Notes under the pieces: generated by a model
What the model was told of the DNA's origin: nothing
The model's input: the letters and a program-made list of their open reading frames with translations, nothing else
Database searches by the model: none
Source of the DNA: a bacterium
GTDB taxonomy: Bacteria; UBP14; UBA6098; 4484-93
DNA length: 64,000 bases
Assembly (NCBI GenBank): GCA_021158465.1
Contig: JAGGUN010000052.1
Span: 2,160 to 66,159 of the forward strand
Direction: 5' to 3'
Part shown: positions 16,673 to 24,600 of the stretch, one piece after another
Position numbering within the stretch: position 1 is the stretch's first letter
How the letters are laid out: each line of letters begins with the position of its first letter
Program-made: the position numbers and the translations under genes

Positions 16673-18421
16673 ATGATAGGACTCGAGCGGTGGCGGATAA
16701 TCCTTGTAATTGTGGTCATTCTGGCAGGGATATACCTTCTTGTTCCCACTATCCGGTTTGCAGCGCTGTCGGATGAGGTGAAAGCTTCTGACCCGGCGCT
16801 CGCACGCAGACTCCAGAAGAAATCGATAAATCTGGGGCTTGACCTGCGAGGAGGAATGCATCTGGTTATGGAGATTGACAGGAGCAAGCTCCCACCAGAT
16901 TACTCACGCAACCCGATTGATGAGGCGTTAGAGATTATAAGAAACCGTGTTGACCAGTTCGGTGTATCCGAGCCTGTTATCCAGAAGGAGGGAACAGACA
17001 GGATTGTCGTAGAACTTCCTGGTCTGGCAGACCCCGAAAGGGCAAAAGAGATAATCGGTAAGACGGCTATACTCGAATTCAAGCTATTGGACACCGAGGA
17101 GGCAGTAAAGAACTTCATCAAGGCGGTGGACGATACACTGACGAAGTATCCTGAGATAATCGATGCAGCAGAGGCTGGGGAGGAGTTCGTATCGGAAGAA
17201 AGTGAGACAACTCTGGCGGTCGCAGAGGCTACAACAGCAGAAACCCCAAAGGATACCCTCACTGAGAAAGAGGAAAAGAAGGATACAACCGTCATCGGGA
17301 AGGCGGGTGAGCTGTTCGGCAAGAAGGATACCACACTCACTGAGCTCGCTGAGGAAGAGACGGAAGGATATGCTTTCTCGGCACTCGTCGAGCCATACAA
17401 AGAAGAGATACTTATACCGAGGATGAACTACCGGATAGTAAAAAGGCTACTTGAGCATCCTAAGGTACAAGCCTGCATCCCCCCTGGCGATGAGTTGCAC
17501 TGGGCAAATGAGTTCGACGAGATTAGAGGAGAAGAGGTGATAAGGCTGTATTTGACCAAAAAACGTGCAGAGCTCACAGGAAGTTATCTTCGGTCCGCCA
17601 ACTTCGGATTTGGTTCCCCATCCGACCCAAGAGCAGCAGGGCAACCTGTGGTAAATCTCACATTCAATAGAAAAGGCGCTGCAATCTTCTCCGCCGTCAC
17701 AGGAGCCAATGTCAACAAGCGACTCGCCATAATCTTGGATGGGAAGGTGCATTCTGCTCCGGTCATCCAGACAAGGATAAGGGATGGAAGAGCGAGAATA
17801 ACGGGCATCCGCAAGGTGGAAGAAGCGAGAGACTTATCCATAGTTCTCAGGGCTGGAAACCTGCCTGCTCCGCTCAGGATAATCGAGGAGCGAACGATCG
17901 GACCTGCTCTCGGAGAGGACTCCATCAGAAAAGGAATACTTGCAACTATCCTGGGCGGAATCCTTATCCTTATTTTTATGATAATTTACTACAGGTTATC
18001 AGGGGTTATAGCAGTGATTGCACTTATTCTGAACCTATTCCTCCTTCTCGCCGCTATGGCTGGGCTCCATGCAACGCTCACTCTACCAGGAATTGCAGGT
18101 ATCATCCTCACCACAGGTATGGCTGTTGATGCAAATGTGCTCATCTTCGAGCGGATACGGGAGGAACTGAGAGCCGGCAAGACCGTAAGAGCCTCTATAG
18201 ACGCCGGCTACTCGAGGGCGTTCCGAACAATCCTCGATGCCAATTTCACAACCCTCATCTCAGCTATTATCCTATACTACTTTGGAACGGGTCCTGTCAA
18301 AGGGTTCGCCATAACCCTCAGCTTCGGTATCATCATCAGTATGTTTACAGCAATAATAGTAACAAGAATGATATTCGCCGTGGTAACAGAAGCAGGCAGA
18401 GCAAAAAGCCTCAGCATATAA
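16673..18421 (+). CDS. secD: Protein translocase subunit SecD
   Basis: The protein reads LGLDLRGGMHLV..., RNRVDQFGVSEP.IQ and ...GPALGEDSI, followed by the C-terminal six-TM block. AAGGAGG lies upstream. Confidence 0.9.
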   Translation: MIGLERWRIILVIVVILAGIYLLVPTIRFAALSDEVKASDPALARRLQKKSINLGLDLRGGMHLVMEIDRSKLPPDYSRNPIDEALEIIRNRVDQFGVSEPVIQKEGTDRIVVELPGLADPERAKEIIGKTAILEFKLLDTEEAVKNFIKAVDDTLTKYPEIIDAAEAGEEFVSEESETTLAVAEATTAETPKDTLTEKEEKKDTTVIGKAGELFGKKDTTLTELAEEETEGYAFSALVEPYKEEILIPRMNYRIVKRLLEHPKVQACIPPGDELHWANEFDEIRGEEVIRLYLTKKRAELTGSYLRSANFGFGSPSDPRAAGQPVVNLTFNRKGAAIFSAVTGANVNKRLAIILDGKVHSAPVIQTRIRDGRARITGIRKVEEARDLSIVLRAGNLPAPLRIIEERTIGPALGEDSIRKGILATILGGILILIFMIIYYRLSGVIAVIALILNLFLLLAAMAGLHATLTLPGIAGIILTTGMAVDANVLIFERIREELRAGKTVRASIDAGYSRAFRTILDANFTTLISAIILYYFGTGPVKGFAITLSFGIIISMFTAIIVTRMIFAVVTEAGRAKSLSI

Positions 18422-18430
18422 GGAGCAAAA

Positions 18431-19348
18431 ATGTTAGAACTGATAAGGAATCCAAAGATCGATTTCTTGAAGGGGTCAAAGATTGCATTCATCATATCAG
18501 GCACAATTATCCTGATAGGAATAGTTTCTATCATCGCCCACGGAGGATTGAACTGGGGAATAGACTTTACCGGGGGAACACTCGTTGAGATAAGGTTCGA
18601 AAAGAGAGTAAGCATAAGCGAGGTAAGGTCTGCCTTGGCTGAGCTTGGACTGGCGGAGTCAGATGTCCAGACAATAGGGACCGGCTCGCGGGAGTTCCTA
18701 ATCCGTACAAAGACAGACAGAAAAGATGAAGAGATGTCCATCGATAAAAGGATACTCACTCTGTTCAGGGAAAAACTACCCGATAACCCTCCAGAGATAA
18801 TGAAGATCGAGACCGTAGGTCCAAAGGTTGGAAGCGAACTCAGGTGGAGAGCGCTATGGGCTACACTCCTGGCATTCCTCGGAATCCTTCTCTATGTCTC
18901 GTTCCGGTTCCAGTTTCGTTTTGGCGTCGCAGCGGTCTTAGCACTCTTCCATGATGTGTTCATAACTATAACGGTGCTTTCACTCATCAACGCTGAGTTC
19001 TCTCTGATAACCATCGCAGCACTCCTGACCATCATCGGTTATTCCATAAACGACTCGATTGTCATATCCGACAGAATTCGCGAGAACATCCGGATAATGT
19101 ATCGGGAGGCGTTCAGCAAGATAGTAAACTTCAGCCTCAATCAGACACTATCCAGAACGCTCATAACCTCACTTTCCACCCTTCTTGCGCTCGTTTCGAT
19201 ATTCCTACTCGGCGGGCGTGTTCTAAGGTTGTTTTCTGTTCCACTCATCATAGGGGTTATTGTTGGGACATACTCGTCTGTGTTTATCGTCTCACCGGTT
19301 GTTGTCCGCTGGGAGGAGAAATTCCCGTCGAGATTTAAGAAAAGATAA
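18431..19348 (+). CDS. secF: Protein translocase subunit SecF
   Basis: The protein reads GIDFTGGTLVEIRF... and GYSINDSIVISDRIREN. It starts 9 nt downstream of secD. Confidence 0.9.
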   Translation: MLELIRNPKIDFLKGSKIAFIISGTIILIGIVSIIAHGGLNWGIDFTGGTLVEIRFEKRVSISEVRSALAELGLAESDVQTIGTGSREFLIRTKTDRKDEEMSIDKRILTLFREKLPDNPPEIMKIETVGPKVGSELRWRALWATLLAFLGILLYVSFRFQFRFGVAAVLALFHDVFITITVLSLINAEFSLITIAALLTIIGYSINDSIVISDRIRENIRIMYREAFSKIVNFSLNQTLSRTLITSLSTLLALVSIFLLGGRVLRLFSVPLIIGVIVGTYSSVFIVSPVVVRWEEKFPSRFKKR

Positions 19349-19351
19349 GCG

Positions 19352-19380
19352 CTTCCAGGCTCGCGCTCCTGACCTGGAAG
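19352..19380. terminator. Hairpin between convergent secF and MFS genes (possible terminator)
   Basis: A perfect 8-bp stem, CTTCCAGG (19352-19359) with CCTGGAAG (19373-19380), encloses a 13-nt loop. It starts 4 nt after the secF stop. There is no clean U-tract on the plus strand and only a partial T-rich run on the minus strand. Confidence 0.3.
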
Positions 19381-19531
19381 AATGTTGGCTTGCCACCAGA
19401 TCCCCAATTTATTATTGTTGACCATCCCTGCATCTCGACATCCTACTCCAACAGAAATCCTTGTATGCCCGTGCCTCACCTCGAACTGTTGCCGAGAATA
19501 CTCATCTTCTCTGCAAACTCAGGGCTTGCAA

Positions 19532-20770
19532 TCAAGCGGGCAACCTGTGCCTCCTGAAGTAACCACCGAGAGAGATGAACAGAACAGCCGAAACAGCACT
19601 CAACAGACAACCGTAAACAAATGTCGCAGCCGGGGAGACACTCTGCCACAAGACACCAGCAATGAGGCTCGCGGGAAGAGCTGCTATCCCCACAACGGTA
19701 TGATAAGAACCAAGGGCTGTTGCCCTAATATCCTCAGGTGAGAGGTCAGATACATAGGCTCGTTGGTTGCCATCGATTATCGCATACACAACACCGTAAA
19801 GAGCAAAAAGGAGAACAAATGCCAACAACGAGTCAAAAAGCGCAAAACCAAGTGTGGTCAAAGAAAATAAGAAGTAACCAAATGTAATTACCTTCCGACG
19901 CCCAATCCTGTCAGACAATCTACCAAAAGGAACAGCAAACGCTGCATAAAATATATTAAATAGAATGTATAAAATAATTGGCACACCAACCGACAGTCTG
20001 CCTGAGAACTGTTCCTTCGCACGCAAGATAAAGAACATATAGTTAAAGTTTGCCAGAGAAAATACACCCGAGACCAAGATAAACATTCTGAGTGGCAGAT
20101 CGAGACTTTTGAGGCTAAGCCTAAATGTTATATCCTGTTTCTGCTCTCTTTTCTCCTTGACAAAGTGTAGGGGAACAAGGGAAAAAAACGAGATGACGGC
20201 AGCGGTCAGTATGATCGCCTTGAAATCGAGATGCAGAAACCAGAAAAGTAAGAAGACAATCACCGAGCCGAGAATTGCCCCCGATGTATCCAGCGCTCTG
20301 TGTATCCCGAACCCCTTCCCGCGCTCGTTCGGCATAGACTCGGATATTAACGCATCCCTCGGGGCGGTCCTCAGCCCCTTGCCAACCCTTTCAAGACCAG
20401 AAAACAAAAGCACACTCTGCCAGACCCTCGAGGAAGCGAGGAGAAGTTTGAACACGGAGGAGACAAGATACCCAAAAACAACAAATTCCTTCCTCCTGCC
20501 AGACCTGTCAGAAAGGTATCCAAAAAGGACCTTCAGTATGCTTGAGACACTCTCCCTTATCCCACCAACCAGCCCGACAACCATACCGCCTCCACCAAGA
20601 GCGGTTATGAACATCGGCAGGATCGGCATTATCATCTCACTGCTCATATCGTTTATGAAGCTGACTATACCCAGAAGAACAACATTAGAGCTTTTATCTC
20701 TCATAGGTGGTCCCCCAGTGAAACCTGCATCGCTCGCAAGTGAACGGTCTTCACCGTATAACGATGTCAT
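19532..20770 (-). CDS. MFS transporter
   Basis: The protein has about 12 predicted hydrophobic segments and the MFS loop motif GYLSDRSGRRK, repeated in the second half as GRLSDRIGRRK. An alternative start at ATG 20704 would remove the overlap with the upstream gene. Confidence 0.8.
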   Translation of the reverse strand: MTSLYGEDRSLASDAGFTGGPPMRDKSSNVVLLGIVSFINDMSSEMIMPILPMFITALGGGGMVVGLVGGIRESVSSILKVLFGYLSDRSGRRKEFVVFGYLVSSVFKLLLASSRVWQSVLLFSGLERVGKGLRTAPRDALISESMPNERGKGFGIHRALDTSGAILGSVIVFLLFWFLHLDFKAIILTAAVISFFSLVPLHFVKEKREQKQDITFRLSLKSLDLPLRMFILVSGVFSLANFNYMFFILRAKEQFSGRLSVGVPIILYILFNIFYAAFAVPFGRLSDRIGRRKVITFGYFLFSLTTLGFALFDSLLAFVLLFALYGVVYAIIDGNQRAYVSDLSPEDIRATALGSYHTVVGIAALPASLIAGVLWQSVSPAATFVYGCLLSAVSAVLFISLGGYFRRHRLPA

Positions 20771-21044
20771 TGACGAGCTTCTTGCCGAGATGTTTGTTTA
20801 ATTTCTTAATCAAATCTGGTTTCAGGAAGCTTATCTCCTGCCGCCAGGAAGCGCTCTCACAATGAACAAAAAGAACACCCTTCTCTATCTTTATAGGAAC
20901 TGCATGCCTGGAAACTTGCTCTCCAACTACATCGTCCCAAACAAGAACCGTCTCGAACTCCTCTACTCGCCTCTTCAGCCCGTACCGCTTGAGAATGCGC
21001 TCAAGGATATCCCTTATCGCCTCCGGTCCGCCTCTTCTATACAT
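20751..21044 (-). CDS. dciA: DUF721/DciA-family protein
   Basis: This 97-aa protein reads W..VVGEQVSRHAVPIKIEKGVLFVHCESASWRQEISFLKPDLIKKLN, which is typical of DUF721. Confidence 0.6.
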   Translation of the reverse strand: MYRRGGPEAIRDILERILKRYGLKRRVEEFETVLVWDDVVGEQVSRHAVPIKIEKGVLFVHCESASWRQEISFLKPDLIKKLNKHLGKKLVNDIVIR

Positions 21045-21456
21045 CGAGTATCACCCTCGCATAATAGCTACCATCAGCTCTCCGCTCAACGGTCAGCTTG
21101 TGGTATGTCACCGTTTTTACCTCGGTCTGGTATCCGTGAACCGATGGGTCAAACTCCTCTCCTGACACACTGCAGGCAAGATGGTCCTCTCCCGTAAATT
21201 TAACAGTGAACCTTGCCGGAACAAGCCGCCTTACCTGCATAATATAGGAAAGCTCGGAGAGGTACTTCACCAGAAGCATCTCGATACCCGGTGATTTGAC
21301 CTCGAACCGATATACCACCCCCTTATCCTCCCCCGGTCCACCAAAGATAATATCCGTCAATGCAACACCAGCGTTGCTGAAAAGCTCCTCTCTACCTTTT
21401 CCAAACAGCTCCACTCCAACATCGGCGGTGTGGTCAAATAGCCTGTATCGTTCCAT
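21037..21456 (-). CDS. Archease
   Basis: The N-terminus is MERYRLFDHTADVGVELFGKGREELF and the C-terminal block is VKTVTYHKLTV, both archease signatures. Confidence 0.8.
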   Translation of the reverse strand: MERYRLFDHTADVGVELFGKGREELFSNAGVALTDIIFGGPGEDKGVVYRFEVKSPGIEMLLVKYLSELSYIMQVRRLVPARFTVKFTGEDHLACSVSGEEFDPSVHGYQTEVKTVTYHKLTVERRADGSYYARVILDV

Positions 21457-21464
21457 ACTAATAA

Positions 21465-21492
21465 AGATTAAGAAAAAAGTTCAACTTGTCAA
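21465..21492 (-). promoter_or_regulatory. Candidate promoter for archease operon (TTGACA-16-TAATCT), -10 only 8 nt from ATG
   Basis: The reverse strand reads TTGACA-agttgaacttttttct-TAATCT-ttattagt-ATG. There is no SD between the -10 and the start. Confidence 0.4.
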
Positions 21493-21533
21493 AGGTAAAA
21501 TTCCGATCAGCCGATAAGGTTTATATAAAAAGC

Positions 21534-21561
21534 TTGATTTTCGGTGGAGGATAAGTATATT
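21534..21561 (+). promoter_or_regulatory. Candidate promoter for sprA (TTGATT-16-TATATT)
   Basis: The hexamers are at 21534-21539 and 21556-21561, about 50-75 nt upstream of the possible sprA starts. Confidence 0.4.
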
Positions 21562-21608
21562 TACTTATAAAACAAGGGGGGTGAGAGACAGTAGCTTCTG
21601 CTTTTGTT

Positions 21609-24600
21609 TTGGTGAAAATCAAGGAGAAATTTTTGCAAATGAGGCTCGGTCTTCCCCTTGTAGTTTCGCTGATGTTTTTTGCTTCTATGCCGCTAGTGGC
21701 GCAGGAGCTACTTCCCTTCTGGATACCAGCGGTTCCGAGAACAGACTCCCCTTTATTCTTCCCGTTCGAGAGAGAGCCGAGATTCTTCAATTATAAAGCA
21801 ACGGACATCTGCTATGCCGACTTTGAGAGCGGATATGTTGTTGTTGTCAGGAAGATAAACAATCTTCTCACCTATCAGCCGTACATTATTCCAATTAGAA
21901 ACTATATAGATTATCTGGAGTGGAAGGAGTTTAGGCTGAGCGGGGTCTCGAGGAAAGAGGGCAAGCTAACACGAGAAGGTAGCAAGGGTCTCAAATGGGA
22001 GATCCCTATTCGGTTTCCGAAGGTGATTCAGAGCTTCATCGGTGAAGGAGGGACAGGGCTTCAGGTAACGGGGGCATCAAAGATTACCTTCTCCGGCACA
22101 TCCACATGGACAGAGTCAGAAGAAGGGGAGATGGACTACCCTGGTCAGAGCAAGTTCCCGTCGCTCAATATGGAACAGGAATCACGGTTCAGGATAACAG
22201 GCACCATCGGTAGCAAGATATCGGTCACAGTGGACCAGGACAGCAAGCGAAACACAGAGCTGCAAAACACGGTTAATATAAAGTACACCGGGGAGGAGGA
22301 CGACATTATCCAGAATCTCGAGGCTGGAAACACAACCATCGGATTGCCCAATACAAGGTTCGTTGGGTACTCTGAGCATGTTCAAGGGCTGTTCGGCATC
22401 AAGGGGCAGTTCCAGCTGGGCAACTGGGAGATAACAGCTATCGCAAGCCAGGAGAAGGGGACATCAGAGAAGGTTACGATAAACGCCGGCGCGTCGCAGA
22501 GCACATTTACCATTGCAGACTATGAATACATCAAGCGGAAGTATTTCTTCATCGACGACCGCTTTATGCCCACGAACTTCACAGGGGAGGATTCGCTTAT
22601 CTCTTTCGATGTTTATGTGGATGACAGGGACAACACAAACGATAACATCCTTGGCGCCCATCCAGGATGGGCTGTGCTTGACCCGTTCTATCCTGATACA
22701 ACAGATGAGCAGGATTCACACTACGGCAACTTCCATAAGCTGGATGTGACAGACTACTACATTGACGCGAGAACAGGGCAACTAACACTTGCCTACCCTG
22801 TGGATGAGTCTCACGCACTTGCTGTCTCGTATGTTGTGAAAACGGGAACGGACATCGATACAGTGGGCGGAACCTTGCCTGATGGGCGGCTCTTGCTGAA
22901 GCTTGTGAAGATGCCGGATAGAAACCCATCTATGCACTGCTGGAGATATGAGATGCGAAATATCTACTCGCTCCATGCGACCAACATAGATCCAGATGGA
23001 CTGGAAATTAATATATACCGCGGTTCCATAACAGACAGCGTGGATGCACTCGGAGCAACGAAATACATCGAGATATTCGGACTCGATCAACAGAATGAGG
23101 ATATGGCTCCTATACCCGACGGGAAGGTGGATAGGGTTTATATCAACTACTCCGACGGTGAGCTGATATTCCCAGCGCTTCACCCGTTTGCACCGGAGGA
23201 TATAGACACAATTCTCGTCCCTTCGCTTGCACTCCTACCTGATACTGCGCAGGTACCGGAGATTTACAACTCGAATAGCGAAACGGAGATAAGGCAGAAC
23301 TCAAAATTTGTTATCTGGGTGAAGACATCAGCAAGGACAGATGTGTATAATCTTGGCAGGTTCAATATCATCGAGGGAAGCGAGGATATACGGTTGAACG
23401 GCACCAAGCTTGTCCGCGGTGTGGACTATACCATTGACTACTTCTCAGGGCAGGTAACATTCCTAAATCCTGAAGCGACAAACCCAAACGCCCAGGTTAC
23501 GATAAACTTCGAGTACGAACCATTCTTCCAGCCGGAGGCGAAGAACCTACTGGGGACACGGGTGGTTTATCGTTTCGGTGATGATGACGAAAACTGGGTT
23601 GGCTCGACCGTCCTTTACAAATCGGAGGTATCAGCGGAGGACAGACCCCGGGTAGGACGAGAACCATCGAAAACACTCCTCACCGATGTAGATATCTCTT
23701 ACCAAAAGAAGCTCCCGTTCCTAACATCACTTGTAAACGCCATTCCGTTCGTCTCGACAGATGCGGAAAGTAAGTTCGAGTTCTCAGCAGAGGCTGCTGA
23801 ATGCTTCTCTAATCCCAATTCGAAGAAGAAAGCTTACCTTGATGATTTTGAGTCCGCAAAGGATGTGGTGAGCCTCGACATCAGAAGAACAACCTGGACA
23901 CTTGCATCTGCACCTCTTGGAAAGGGGCAAGATGAGAGGGGAAGGTTATGGTGGTACAACCCTTACGATAGGGTGCCGGTCAAGGAGATATGGCCCGAGA
24001 AGGAAGTAACAGCAGAGGAAAGCAAGGTTCCTGTGCTTGTTCTGAATTTTGCGGATACCGCTGGGATAGGAACAGGCAGCTGGGCTGGGATCATGAGAGC
24101 CCTACCATCTGGATACTACGATCAGCGAGAGACAAAGTACCTCGAGGTATGGGTCAAAGGGAACAAAGGGGTTCTCCATATAGACCTTGGGGTTATGCAG
24201 GAAGATGTCAACGGAGACGGAATACTGAACACAGAGGATGCGGATAGCAACGGTGTTCTGTATGCTTCAGAGGATGTTGGGCTGGATGGCTTGGCAGATG
24301 AGGATGAACCAGGGTACAACCCATCGAGCAACCCTGACCCGAACGGCGACAACTGGAGGTATGATTCCCCTTACGACTACTCGCATATAAACGGCACTGA
24401 GGGGAATCGAAACGACCCCGACGGCGGTAGGAATCCCGATACAGAGGATATAAACCACGACGGATTTCTCGAGCGGTTCAACAATTATTTTGAGTTCGAC
24501 ATAGACCTCTCATCCAGTCACTTTGAGGTGCCAGGAACCAGAAGCACGGAATCCGGCGACTACTGGAGGTTATACCGGATACCGATACAGGATTCACTCT

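Noticed and set aside
16900-17400. A 166-aa minus-strand ORF, and the acidic low-complexity insert of SecD (about 17150-17400)
   Set aside because: The ORF is the antisense shadow of the Glu/Thr/Ala-rich SecD segment. The insert itself lies in the variable periplasmic head region of SecD, and I have no basis to call it unusual.
19382-19741. A 119-aa plus-strand ORF after secF
   Set aside because: Most of it is antisense to the MFS gene's 3' end, and its sequence is low-complexity. The remaining spacer is better explained as a convergent terminator region.
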